DNA from: Saprolegnia diclina VS20
Lineage: Eukaryota
Direction: 5' to 3'
Assembly (NCBI RefSeq): GCF_000281045.1
Contig: NW_008246168.1
Location: forward strand, 39,168-94,573
DNA: 55,406 nucleotides
Positions 24,166 through 36,589 of this stretch are shown one piece after another (the first letter of the stretch is position 1; every line of letters begins with the position of its first letter). Both the position numbers and the translations under genes were made by a program. The notes beneath the pieces are model-generated. The model was given only the letters and a program-made list of their open reading frames with translations. It was not told the DNA's origin and did no database searches.

Positions 24166-26031
24166 TCAATATTTATTATAATTTTGATATCTTGGCGGCG
24201 GCGGGCGCGGAATCTCGCCGTAGCCGGCCGGTGGAAGGTCGTGGTAGCCGAGCGGGGCGGCCGTGGGATGGTCATGGTACACGTACGGATTGCCGCCGCT
24301 GGCGCCGTACCCGCGCGCCGGACGAGGCTGGACGAGCATCTCGTTCATGGACGTAATGAGGTACGTCTGGTGCGCGATCGACTCGTGCATCTCGTCGATG
24401 CGCAGCGCCATCTCTTCCTTCGTCAGCGACGACCACGAGCTGCTAGTCGTTGCGATCGATTGACTTTCGAGGCTTCCGCGCCGCGCTGGTCGGCCGCCTT
24501 GTCGGGCGCTTGCGCGGGCATCAGCCGCGCTCACTTTGCGTGGCAGCGCTTCGTCCTTCACCGACGACGTCCACGTCGTGGCCGAGCTCGCCACGCTGCC
24601 CTTCCGCGCCACCGAGCCCATAGACGAGGAGCTGTACGTATCGTCGTGCGAGCTGCACGTCGAGCCAACCACCGAGTTGACGACGGACCCGGACCGGCTC
24701 ACTTGGCCTACCGCCGGCATGAGCACACGTTGCGACAGCAGAGCGATATGTACCTTCGTGGTACGACGCGTGCATCGGGTCGTCAATGTAGATGACCGAG
24801 CCGTTGCTGCTGTGCACGGACGCGACGTCGTCCGTGTTGTAGTCGCTCCGCACTATGCAGTAGGAAGGTCAGTTCGATCCCACTGCTGTCATATCGGCTC
24901 ACAGCGCAAGGTCTTGGCTTCGACAAAGCACTGCTTGCAAAACTTTTCTTGGACCATGAGCTTGTCCGAGAGCTTCCGCGACGGTCGGTCGACGCAGTAG
25001 AGCTTGACCGTGCACGCGCTGCACATGGCGTGGCCGCAGCGCTGGCAGTGGCCATGGCGCCGAAGGAGGCTGCTGCTCTTCGTGCAGACCGAGCACATTT
25101 TGCTACGCCGTCCACGATTACTTCTGTGCTTCCGGCGAGGATACCAACGTACGTGTTCTTTGAGAGCGTTGGCGCAAAGCTTCCGGTCGTCAAGAGCAGC
25201 GCTTGGTACGCAAACGCTTCGCGCGTCACAGAGAGAAAGTCCTTGGTGAGGCTCCGCGGGAGGTACACGCCCATGTCTTTCCAGAGCACCATCGTCGACG
25301 CCTGTTGCTTCTTGGCCTTGGGCGCAAACCGAATGACTGCGCGGACCGTCACAGCGACGCTGCCGTCGTCCGCTGTGCGGTAAAGCTTGACGGTCGCCAG
25401 CGACTCCTTGCTCGAGGACGCGCCCTTGGGCTTGGTCGGGTCGGTCATTGGCTCGGAGATGACAAAGTACGTTTCCCGGCCATGCCGGTCCCGGCGTGTC
25501 CCTGCGTACTACGCACCAATGAGCTTACATGAGTTACTGCGCTTCCTGCGACGGATCAAGTATCACTTCGACAAAGACAAAGTCGTGCTGGGTCGTGTCG
25601 AGGTCGCCGACCACCGGGCTAATCGCGAGCTTGAGCACTTTGACGCCGAGAAAATGGCCCGCGTCGGTAGGCGACCGGCGCTGCGAGACGTTGAGGACGG
25701 CGGCGTCGACGAGCGCGCCTTCGTAGAGTACCGCGCAGTTGGACCGATAGGCCGGTGTTCGCTCGTTGTAGATGGCCGCGCGAAGCGCATCGAGGTTCGT
25801 GTGGAGGCGGCCCGTGCACACATACGTCGCCTTGGCCGCGCTGCTACTGGTTTGCGCAAAGATGCGCCATCCGTTCTTGTCGAGCGGCCGCGCCCACGAG
25901 CTGTCGAGCACGATTGTCGGTTCATGCCACGCGATATGATCCGAGAGCGCTTGCTGCAGGACGGAATCGAGATTGGCCATGTGCTTGGCGTACGCCTCGG
26001 GCGAGAAGGCCATGCGCGGGTACGTCGCCAT
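24166..26031 (-). CDS. Oomycete START-like + FYVE-like zinc finger protein; multi-exon
   Basis: MATYPRMAFSPE...YVCTGRLH...LVDAAVL...HFLGVK...DFVFVE matches the pattern of the expanded oomycete START/FYVE family. Zinc finger CSVC...RRHGHCQRCGHAMCSAC...FCKQC, then a low-complexity tail. Confidence 0.8.
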
Positions 26032-27299
26032 CGTATTATCTCGATCGGCCGAATCCCAGAATGGACTGTCGCACGTGCCAAAGTGGATCTGGGCATCCCA
26101 CTCGCTCCTGCGCGACCAGGTGCCAGTGCCACGTGGGCCGAGCACTGGTACTATAAGGTCGTATTGCAGCTGCATCCAACGCAAGGCGTTGGGTACCGAG
26201 GCACCACCGTGCAGCGTGCAGGGTGATGGGCCATGACGCACGCATCCGACGGCGACCTTGGATCCGACGGCGCACCGACTCGTTGGCCAAGCAACCGAAT
26301 GGTTGCGGTTCAGCTGTGGCGCGGATCTCAGATTCGGCGTCTGTGCGTGCGCTTCTTTCGAAAACGAACCGTCCAGTTGAACCGTCCCGCGCTGCGGTGC
26401 ACGGTGAACTCGAAGAAACTCAGCTCGCGTCAACCCCAATGTCTCCCGTCCTTACACGCCCGTGGAGCTCCCATCGGGCCGTCACCCAATGCCCGATTCC
26501 GCGCAAACACACAAGTGCGCCTTCACGGCCGGTGCTAGCTTGGCGCGCCGACCACATCGTACGTGGCTACCACGTCGACACGAACGCGTCCCAGTGAGAA
26601 CTCGGGATGTCTTTGTCTTTCACGGGGACGGTAGCGGAGCTATCATAGACGGGGCGAGCAATCGCGTCGACCTCCGCAGCGGGATACTACCACGGTGTCG
26701 AACCAGGCTACGACGCTGTCTGTCACGCGCTTGGCGCGCGATTGCTTCTCATCCCACGGTGCGTCAAGACAAGTGTGGTGTGCCACGGTTCCGCACGATT
26801 CCGCAAGACTCTGTACGACGAGTACTAGAGTGTAGTTGCCATTGTACCATTGGCTGCATACCCATCAAGCCGACAACAATGCATATGGATATGTGGTCCG
26901 GTGGGTTTGCGTGCAGGAGCGAACGACCTGCTCGCCCTGTCTGCTGCCTGCAACCGCCGAAAGAGACGTTCAAGCCGACAACAAGTTAGCACTGATCGCA
27001 GCACAAGCGTGCGTGGTTTCCGCAATGGTGTACGTCTGCATCTGTGTCGGTGACGCTGCGTCAAGTGGTTGCTCAAGCAATTGACCGCAGAAAGCCTGTG
27101 CTACGCCGGCGCCACGACCGAAAAAGACACGGGATGGGCCTGGCATATCAGTAGCCACCGCCGTGAATCAGGAGCAAGGCCGAGCACCACCGACGGTGCT
27201 ATCGCAGGTCCTCTCCCTGCATGGACTCCTCGGGTTTGAGTCTTCGTGTGTGACCGAGCGAGGCAAAGACAGGCGGACGATTGCAAAGATACACAGCAC

Positions 27300-27347
27300 T
27301 TATCCGGATATACCATTCTTATCCGGCTAAACCTGGATTATCCGGAT
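27300..27347 (+). promoter_or_regulatory. Three TTATCCGG(A/C)T motifs at exact 19-bp spacing upstream of the ATG at 27390
   Basis: Copies start at 27300, 27319 and 27338. Confidence 0.5.
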
Positions 27348-27389
27348 GCATCCGCGCAGGCTTGGTCGTTGACACAACCGTGACGAAGG

Positions 27390-28756
27390 ATGGCGTCGGC
27401 CGCGGAGGACGTAGGCCGCGGCGTCGTGGCGACGCTCAGTGCGGTGGCCTTGCTCGGCTTTGGCGAAGCGTGCGTACTCTGCAAGAAGCCCGTGCCATTG
27501 CGCTATGCGCTGCGCTTTGCAACGCACAACGTGCTGCATAGCTTTGTGTGGCGAACAGTCGAGTCGCCGCTGCTGTGCCACGCCGCGCGCCTGCCCTCGG
27601 TCGCCTTGAACGACACGAGCTTGCTCTCCGAAAGCCTCCGTGCTATGCGGTATCTCATTGCAAGCTACGGCCTTTTGCACCAGCTCTTGCGACTGCAGAC
27701 GCCCGCTATGCCACGCCGTGAGGCGACCCGCGCGCCATTCGACCGCGTCGTGCGGCTGAGCCCCGATGCGTCGCGACTCTCAAGCGCCTTTTTACAGCCA
27801 GACGATGCAAGCAGCAGTACGACGAGGGTGCTGCCGATTGCATGGAACGCGGTGTCCCGTGAAGACGTCCATATCCAAATGCACGAGGTGCCTCTTGTCA
27901 ACGCATCGAACCCGATCTCATGCGTGGCGCCTCTCTACGTAGTGGTGTCTGCAGCACGAAGCCCCGCTTCGCGACGATCTCTTGTTGCTAGAAGTCGACC
28001 TTTCGGCGCCCTTTGCGGACTCTGCGCAGGCTGACATGGCCGTGCACGCCATGCGCGGCCTCGTGCGCCCCTTCCGCGGTCCCGACGGTATTCCCAGATC
28101 GCACACCAGTACATATCCGATCTTATCGTGGAATAGCGCTCGCGCGGCACTTGGATGCGACTGTTGTCGCGCTCGCATCGCCGTGGGCGATCCCGCCTCT
28201 GCTGGGGCACCCGTCGTGCGACGTGGTTGTCAACACGTCGTCGGTGGTGGCGCACACCGTAGCGGGCTTTGTCGGCCGCGCGCAAGCCACGCCGACAAGC
28301 AATGTCTACGTGTATGCTGATGGCGCCGCGCTCACGCAAGGGCTGCTGCAAGAAGACATTGTTGCAACTGCCGTCGTATCGAGCGAGGTAGTCGAGACGG
28401 CCGGCGTCTTCATTGTCGCACTCGAGCACGGGGATGCAGCGTGCGTCGAGCGCCTCGTGGCACAAGGTACTGTCAATCGCGACGCTGCCCAAGCGGAGAC
28501 ACGTGGTGTAGGCGTGGCACCGACCCAGATTATTTGGGTGCAGCAGCAACCGGAACGCGTCACGTCGGCGGCATGGGTCGTCCACGTTCCAGCGCTGTTG
28601 AACGAGGAGCTCGCTGTGATCCGCGCCCAGCTGCGCTGCGGTATGCCCACGGCGCTCGTCCAAGACAACGTGCGCGACAAGTACGGTCCGCTCAACGCGC
28701 TGCAGGGGGACACACCGTTCCGACGGGACCGACACTCGGTCGTTCGTGTAGTGTAG
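27390..28756 (+). CDS. Hypothetical protein; multi-exon
   Basis: Coding-like ORFs 27390..28034, 27982..28320 and 28013..28756 can be joined by short GT-AG introns. Hydrophobic N-terminus; no recognised domain. Confidence 0.6.
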
Positions 28757-28842
28757 TCGTGATAACTCGATTGCGGCAGTAGAGACGACGTGCGATGGTG
28801 GTCGATGGTCGTCGTATCGAAAAACAAGAAGAGAGTTTCTTA

Positions 28843-29743
28843 TTAAGTCATGCTCGGTCGGTACTTTTTGGCTTCGACTTGGCTGTGAGCGCTGTAGCTC
28901 GTGCCACCGGCCTGGAGATGTACAATGTCTTTGGTTCGGAGCTTGAGGCCCGTGATGGGGCATGTCATCGATGGCGTCACCATCTCTTTGAGGCACGACT
29001 CCATGATCACTTGGCCCGACGGTCGAAGGAGCACGGCCATTTGATGCGTGATCGCCTTGTTGCTGACCTACATAGCCGGTGAGAGTCGCGAGATGGCGTC
29101 GCAAGGGTCGTACGGCACAGAGAACGACGCTTTCGCCCTTGGTTTCGTTCTCGGAGCGCTTGAGCTGCACGGGCATGAGGTGCTTGAGCTTCAGCGGCTT
29201 GTTGCTCATCGGGTCCCGCGTGAGCTCGTCGGGTTTGTCCATCGTCACTTCGGCCGTTGGCGTGAAGCCCGGCACCCAGAACGACGTGCGCTTGAGCTCA
29301 TGGCTCTTTTCTTCGAGTGTCTCGAGGTCGACTTTCGACATGATCTGCAACGCAGCGCGCTCTGCAGCGCTCTTCTTGAAGGGCACGGCGGTCGTGCCGC
29401 TCATTTTAGCTTCGAGCTGCGTGCGCTCGGCCTCGTGCTTGGTCGCCTCGTCTTTCGCCGCGCGACCTTCTTCCTGCGCCTTGAAGGCCTCCACGTTGAG
29501 CTTGATCTGTTTCTTTTGTGCCAGAAGGTTGGCGTAAATGCAGCCCTTGCAGAAGAGGAAGCCGCAAGGACTCGCGAGCGGCTCCATCTTGTCCAGGATC
29601 GGCTTGAGGCAGAGGCAGCAGCTGCCGAACGCGAGCTGCGCGTCCTTCCCGAAGCGGCGCTTGAGCGTGCCATGGCCCGCGGCCTGCTTCTCGCGGTACG
29701 TAAAGTGGTGCGTTGCCGTCGAGTTCTTGGAGTGGCGGCTCAT
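28843..29743 (-). CDS. NOSIP: Nitric oxide synthase-interacting protein homologue (RING/U-box-like); 2 exons
   Basis: MSRHSKNSTATHHFTY.E...G.GT...R.GKD.QL.F..CCLCL...PCGFLFCK.CIY.NLL.QK; SFWVP; PMS.KPLKLK.L; C-terminal CPITG.KL..KDIV.LQ.GGT.YS. Confidence 0.95.
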
Positions 29744-30933
29744 CCTGTGGTCGCTGCAATATGGAAAACTCTCTGTCGCACACCATTTAATACATATGAC
29801 ATGATTGGGGCAAAGTCGATATGCCTTTAATAGTGTTATGTGTTTTAAACACATACCTGATGACAGTATTTCCCCAACGCACGAAACAGTGTTGCTGTGG
29901 AAGTGAGTCTATTTATGTGAAACCGCTACACCAGTCCAACCAAGTGTGGAAATAACGCATGCGTTTAAACAAACTACCCACCCCGACGACATGCGGCTTG
30001 TACATCAGTCCTCTAGAAGGCAAGCCAGCTTGTTCGCAAGGAACAGGACAGATGAAAACACTGCAAATAATAGTTGCGCTTACGTCATTTTTGGCCAAGC
30101 CAAACTGCACATTTCTATCTCTCTCACAACACATATACTGCGGGGTGTGAGGAGCGCGTGGGTGGTTTTGCACGGTGGCAAATCCCCAATCCACAGTGGC
30201 AAATCGCGTAGGACACTATGCGACATCGCTCGACGCGCGTCCATGGGACCACTGCGCAATTGCACGACGATCACGCGAGATGCTGTTCCGGCGTCGTCGC
30301 AGCGCACGAGTTTGCACGGCTGCGATTTGCTGTGATGCGCGTGTGCAGTGGAGGGACCTCTGGGTGAGATCTGGGTCACCAACGAAGAATACCCAAGACC
30401 AGAATATACACTGTATAGCCTCTGCGTTTACAGTACATGTCGATCGATAGACAGTGTATGAGTACCCCGACAGGCGTGCAATGTGTAGCGCGTGTGGTAG
30501 TTGCACGTGAACGAGGCGGACTCTGCACCCAGCACGATCAACCCTTGGCTAAGAAGGGAATTCTGGTCTCTATTCGTGCGGCTTTGGGACTTGCTTTGTC
30601 GTCACCAGAAACCTGCAAACCTGCTTTTCCTGTGAATTGTGGCAGTGTGGATCGTTACACGCCGCACACCGCGTCTGAGTCGAGACGAGGATTACACGTG
30701 GTTTCGCCATTGGTGTGTCGACGACGTCACGCAGGATGCGGCTGCGCGGCCCGCCCTCTGCTCGGTGAGGCAGCGAGCGGTTCTCACAGTAAATCGCTGG
30801 CGGTGCTCGGTCATTGCGTCCACCTCGAGTAGCCAAGTCGCTCAAGCTACTTGTATGTGACATCGGCGATTGTTTCGTCGCAGAGAAAGGAATTAAATTA
30901 GAGTACTGTACAGGCCGGCTTCTCGATCGTCGG

Positions 30934-31392
30934 CTATTGAATAAAGGTCATGGCGAGCGCGCGGAGCGGGTAGAGCGCGACGCGCTCTTCGTGCGCCACC
31001 TCGGCCATGATGGCGTCGTACGTGAAGTCGAGAAAGTAGCACGACTCATAAATAGTGTCGAGGTCGTCAAGCGGTTTCTTGTTGCGCGCGACCATCATGT
31101 TGAAGCGCGTGAACGGAATGCGCTTGCCGCCAACGCAGTACTTGTCACGGGTCTTGAACTGGTCCGGGATCGCGACCGGTGCGCGCTGCCACTTGACCTC
31201 CTTGCGCGCGTAGCTCGACGAGCGCTGAAGGTACGTGTCGGCGTAGCTAGTGGTCGCGTACGAGCCGCTGCTAAAGCTGTACGTCGTCGCCTTGACGGGC
31301 GATGTCGACTTGGTCGGCGATGTCATCATCATGCACGAGTCCTCGTCTTGGTTGTTGCTGAACGACGGCGCCCGGTGCTCCATTATCTTCAT
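30934..31392 (-). CDS. Small hypothetical protein, paralogue of 34160..34522
   Basis: Strong GC3 codon bias and Inr TCATTTCCAAACTTT upstream. Shares PVxIP-x10-VGGK(R/K)(I/V)PFTR with the 34160 gene. Confidence 0.85.
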   Translation of the reverse strand: MKIMEHRAPSFSNNQDEDSCMMMTSPTKSTSPVKATTYSFSSGSYATTSYADTYLQRSSSYARKEVKWQRAPVAIPDQFKTRDKYCVGGKRIPFTRFNMMVARNKKPLDDLDTIYESCYFLDFTYDAIMAEVAHEERVALYPLRALAMTFIQ

Positions 31393-34159
31393 ATCGTCGT
31401 CTTGCGCTCAAAAATCAAAGTTTGGAAATGACCAATGCAACGGCAACCCCATTACAAGTGCGGATTCTCTACAAAAAAACGGCCGGTGGGTGCTTTTCCG
31501 AGCACCGGATTAAAAAAATGGCTCGTTACGTCTATGGCAAGTGTATTGAATTGAATTATTTTTATTCGACGACGACGACGAGATACTGTAGAGGGTAGCC
31601 GATATTAGATCTAGGAGGATTAGGTTTTTACGCAAACGACGAGCTTGTGCAAAATACACGCGGTTGTTGTTGGGCGAGGATGAAAAGGCTCGGTGCAGCG
31701 ACTTTGGTCCTTGCTACGTTGAGGCGATACCTTGGACGACGTCGTCGTGATGGTGATGATGGCGATAGATGGTGGTGTACATGCAGAGCAGTAACGATCT
31801 CCGCCCATCAACTGCAACCTGGCTGGCATTAGTTCGTCGAACGTGGGCCGTTGAGCCTCCTGTGTGGCGGTTGGTCATAGTCAACCGCAGCCTGTCCGCA
31901 CGGCAGTCTGTTGATACACGTGTAAAGGAGGAGGCGTCGTTTTACAGGAGGGGATCCAAGTTGACAGGATTCGTGCGATGGCAGGACCCGTGCGTCCCAA
32001 CAAGTCGTCGACAGACCGATACACACTTTTGATGATGCTGATAGGCCGCACATAGTGAACACTGCCACGAGAGGAGGCCAATGGAATCAACTTCAAGAGG
32101 TCATTGAGTTTGAGAAGCTCCGGGTTTTTCACGTGGTTTTTCGCACGAAAGCCACATTGAAGACTTGATTGCCTTCTGGATCCTGGGTTCCGCGCGATCC
32201 AATATTTGAGAAATGTGGACACTCTCAAGGGTCGCGCAAGCTACTTTTGCAGGGTGCGAAACTGAGGATGTGAAGCCTTGTCAGGTTGGGTCCACCGACC
32301 AGTCGATGCAAGGGCAGCTCCCGCATTTCTTGTCGGATGTGGATGCGCTCGAGTGTCCGTGCGTCCCGAGCTTCGTAGGCTGGAGCACATCGTGTCCACA
32401 AAACATCCCGACCTCGCAAGGGTTGAAGGGTACCTTCCCTTGCACCCAAAATTTGATCTAACGCACCACGAAGTTTCGCTGCGCAGTTGCACTCGCCGAA
32501 TCTGCCACAGCCCGGCTGTCGGCTGACCGCTGCATGGTGAATGCGCATGTGAATCTTGGCGCCGCAGTTATCTTCGGTGTTTGATTTACTACACGTCCCG
32601 GTAACGCAAACTATGGCCAGGCGTATGACCAAATCAACCAAGAATCTCGAGCCTCACGCAAGAGATTACCGTTGAGCAAGACGAGCCTCTACACCACCGC
32701 AGCCTCGGCCCGGCGAGCGAGTGAGCAAGTAGGAGGTTGATACTTTCGATGTGTGCAAAGTCTTCCGCGCTCAGCGTTTTGGAGTTGAGACGAGGGAAAG
32801 AATGGCTGAAGGCTAAGTGAGAGAGCGCAGCGAGATCTCATCCATTCGCACTGGCAACTGCTCATTGGGTAGCTGCCCAGGATGAATGAACCGGGTTGCT
32901 GCATCATTGACACGCATACTAGTACCCATGTCCTTGACAATCGACCCTCATTCACGGTGACGTTGGGTGTCAATGGCAGCATACTCCATCCAGTACAAAA
33001 AATCCATGACGTGGACGTGGGAATGGTTTAGAGCTACTTCAACTTCTTGATAGTCTTCAAAGCGGTTACTCGACAACAACAAGTGTGTATTCACTCGTCT
33101 AACATCGCACGCAATGTCCGACTTGGCGTGAGCTCATCACGAGAGCACGAGGAGCCATGCAGCAACGTCACCGACCACCGAGCCTGCACGTTTCAAGTGA
33201 TTGTCGCCAGTTCATTTCCAAGCAGCTCGTTGAAAGCAGGGTTTCCATAAATGCTCAGTTGCTCCTCCAACCTCAAACTCGACGATTTTTATACTCCGCG
33301 CGTGCTCCTAGTGTTTTCCCATCATCTTACTCTTGTTGTCATAGCGCTCGCAACGTACAGTCGTATGTGCTGCTTTCCTTCATAGCCGTGCACAAACAAG
33401 TTATCTGTCGAGTCACAATCCAACAACTGTCCTCGCAATCGTCGCGGCGCCTGTACGTTGTAGTGCTCGGTTGCAGGCCGTGACGCGGTGGCGAACCAGC
33501 CATTGGTTTTCACGTCCCTTGTATAGTAACCTGGTGGAAGCTCCTTTCTAGTAGTTCCTCGTGTTGCCGCTGAGCTAGCCTCCAAGCACAGTACAATGTA
33601 CCTCAAAAGCGCTGCTACCTCTTGCTCAGCCATCGTGGCAAGGTCGATCCTGGCACGGTGTTCTTGCACGCAAGATATTTCTTGATTGGTGGCGGTGTGG
33701 CTCGTGACGCGCTGTCCCAGCCTCACCGGAACGCATGTGATTGGGTTGTTGCCTCAGCGCAGCCACTCACTGCACCATCACTCGGCGAAAGCTGCAACCA
33801 ATCTCGCGACAGGCAGGTCTACTGAGTGATACAAACACGAAATAATATGCATCTCACTATGAATAAAAGTATTTGATATCGTGTCGACCATAATCAACCT
33901 GATTAAAAGCTATGCGGCCGACCGCAAATATGCATTTCAGTCGCACACATCAACGTAGGTGCACGTCCAACGACAACCAAACGAGGTACTGTCATATAAT
34001 TCCGGTTTCGTACGCTCAAGCTTGCTATTTGTATGAAGAAAAGAACGTGCGTAATTAATGCGTCAGGGTGCATTCGAACCCGCGGCGCTGGACACCGAAT
34101 TCTGTCCGTCTTTTCCTGTTGCCAAAGTCTCAGATTGCATTTTGCAACAGCCCAGTACA

Positions 34160-34522
34160 ATGACCAACGTGACGAAGAAGTCGTTCTCGTTCCGCGCGCT
34201 CTTTGGCCTCCGCCGCAAGCAAAACAGCGCAAAACTGCACGACGACAACGAAGCCACCTCGGTGGAGACACCCGCATCGACGCCCGCGTCGACTCCCCAG
34301 AGCAACTTGGCAACACACTTTGACGACGAGCCCGTAGTGGTGGAGAAGACACCCGTGCCCGTGAAGATCCCAATCACGTACTACTACAGCCAGACGACGT
34401 ACGTTGGCGGAAAGAAGGTGCCATTCACGCGCCTCCACGCCAAGCAGAACCGCCGCCGGCTCATCATCTACGAACGCATTCACGAAGACCGCGCGTTCCT
34501 TGTCAACTGGCGAGGCGACTGA
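34160..34522 (+). CDS. Small hypothetical protein (120 aa), paralogue of 30934..31392
   Basis: MTNVTKKSFSFRALF...PVKIP...VGGKKVPFTR...; strong codon bias; Inr-like GCATTTTGCAA upstream. Confidence 0.85.
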   Translation: MTNVTKKSFSFRALFGLRRKQNSAKLHDDNEATSVETPASTPASTPQSNLATHFDDEPVVVEKTPVPVKIPITYYYSQTTYVGGKKVPFTRLHAKQNRRRLIIYERIHEDRAFLVNWRGD

Positions 34523-34996
34523 AGCTTCGCTTAGCTCTATTTATGCCTAGTATCTATCTAGTAAACAACTATTTATGACGACAAGAAGAGCCTCTTGTCG
34601 GCATCCAGCAGGGTTGGTGCAGACGCTGAAGCGTGGAGCTCGAAGGCGGTGCTGGAGGTGTGCAATGGGGCCTCACGCTTTCTTCAAGGCCCACCAAGCT
34701 ACCCCCGTATTTGACTGAAACCCAGGTAATTTATCTTGCAATGTGTATACAACATGCTAGCATACATGGCCCGTGGCCCCATCCAAATGACACGCTTGAA
34801 GTTGACGAGGCCGATCTTATCCCCATCATAAAAATAAAATACCACAATTTAAAAATAGCTACCAAAACCTATATATAAGTGTACATTTTTAAACATGTGT
34901 CGGGACGCTTACAAAAACCAAGATAATAAAATAAATCGGCCCGATTGCTTGTTGCGAGCCCCAGAAAGGTCGCATCAATCTTCGTGCATCATCGTC

Positions 34997-36558
34997 ATGC
35001 TCCGTGCCACCAAGCCGACGCCGCTGCTGCGGACCTGCGCCCGCGCGCTCTCGAGCGCCGCCGAGACGTCGGTCGCCAACAACATTGGGAAGAACGTCTT
35101 TGCCGAGTTCTCGGCGCTCGCGGCGAAGCACGGCTCGCTCAACCTCGGCCAGGGCTTCCCTTCCTTTGGCACGCCAGCGTATGTGTCCATCCTCATGCCA
35201 TGGCCTCCTCTTCACGCGCTGTAGCTTTCTCAAGGAGGCCGCGACCGAGGCCATTGCCGGTGAGCACAACCAGTACACGCGGCCGGGCGGCAACCCGGGC
35301 CTTGTGAACGTGCTCGCCGACGTCTACTCGCCGCTGTATGGCCGCCAGCTCAACCCGCTCACGGAGATCGTGACATTCACGGGCGCGCAGGAAGGGATCT
35401 TCTGCATCTTTCTCTCGCTTCTCTCGGCCGGCGACGAGGTGCTCATCCTCGAGCCGTACTTTGATGCGTACATCAACATTGCCAAGCTGCTTGGCATCAC
35501 AACCGTGGGGCTGCCGCTCGAGATGAACGCTGCGAAAAAAGCCAAGTACAACGACCCGTCGTGCAAGGACACGTTCAGCTCCAAGGACCTCGTCTTGGAC
35601 CTTGCCAAACTCGAGGCGTCGATCACGCCCAAGACCAAGATGCTCGTGCTCAACACGCCGCACAACCCGACCGGCAAGGTCTTTAGCCGTACCGAGCTCG
35701 AAGGCATCGCCGACATTATGCGCCGGCACCCCGACGTACGTTGCTCGTTGCCAAATACTGCCGTCGCCTGACCACTGGTCTAGATCATCATCTTGTCGGA
35801 CGAAGTCTACGAGTTCATGTGCTTTGAGGGCACGCCCCACGAGCGCATTGCGACCTTCGACGGCATGTACGACCGCGTCATCTCGCTCTTCAGTGCCGGC
35901 AAGACCTTTTCCTGCACGGGCTGGCGCGTCGGGTACGAGTACATCCGTTGGCCCTTCGCCGTCCAATCGAATCATGTAGGTACGCGATCCTGCCGCCCAA
36001 GCTCGCGCTGCCCGTCGCCAAGACGCACAGCGCCGTGCCCTTCTGCGGTGCCCTCCCGTTCGAGCTTGCGGTCGCCAAGGGGTTTGAAGTCGCCCGTGAC
36101 AACGGGTACCTCGACGAGCTCCCGCGTATTCTCGAGGTCCACCCCATCGCAAACTCCTTTCTGATAGCCACTTGACTAGGCCAAGCGCGACGTCATCGTC
36201 GACGCGCTGCAAGCCGCCAACCTCAAGCCGATCGTCCCCGACGGCGGCTACTTTGTGACGTGCAACGTCGCGTCGCTCGACGCGTACGAGGAGTTTGCTA
36301 CGTTCGAAGGCCGCGACGACCTCGAGAACGAGGTAGCCGCCTCACTTCTCAGCACCAGAATCGAGACCATGGCTGTAGATGCGCCCCGACTACCAAGTGG
36401 CCCAAAAGCTCTGCATCGAGCACGGGCTCACGGTCATTCCCACGTCGCCGTTCTACACGTCGGTGGCCAACCAGCCGTCGCCGGCGCTCGTGCGCATCGC
36501 GTTCTGCAAGGACGACGAGACGCTTGCGAAAGCCGTGTCGATCATTCACGACTTGTAA
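34997..36558 (+). CDS. Class I/II PLP aminotransferase, kynurenine/glutamine transaminase (KYAT/CCBL-like), probable mitochondrial presequence; multi-exon
   Basis: LNLGQGFP, NQYTRP.G, LEPYFD.Y, LNTPHNPTGKVF, SDEVY, SAGKTFSCTGWRVG (PLP lysine), P.GGYF, VRIAFCK. Arg/Ala-rich N-terminus. Confidence 0.93.
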
Positions 36559-36589
36559 GTGGGGACTAGACTTGTAAGTGGGGCTAGGG

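Noticed and set aside
26032..26439. N-terminal extension of the START/FYVE ORF (likewise ORF-track extensions of both CesA, PFK and SMYD)
   Set aside because: Extensions run through promoter-like sequence, and several begin at non-ATG codons; Inr motifs and codon bias support the downstream ATGs.
27935..29854. 639-aa ORF suggesting a NOSIP fusion
   Set aside because: NOSIP homology shifts frame at an intron near 29069-29112 and ends at 28843; the rest is antisense to the 27390-28756 gene.
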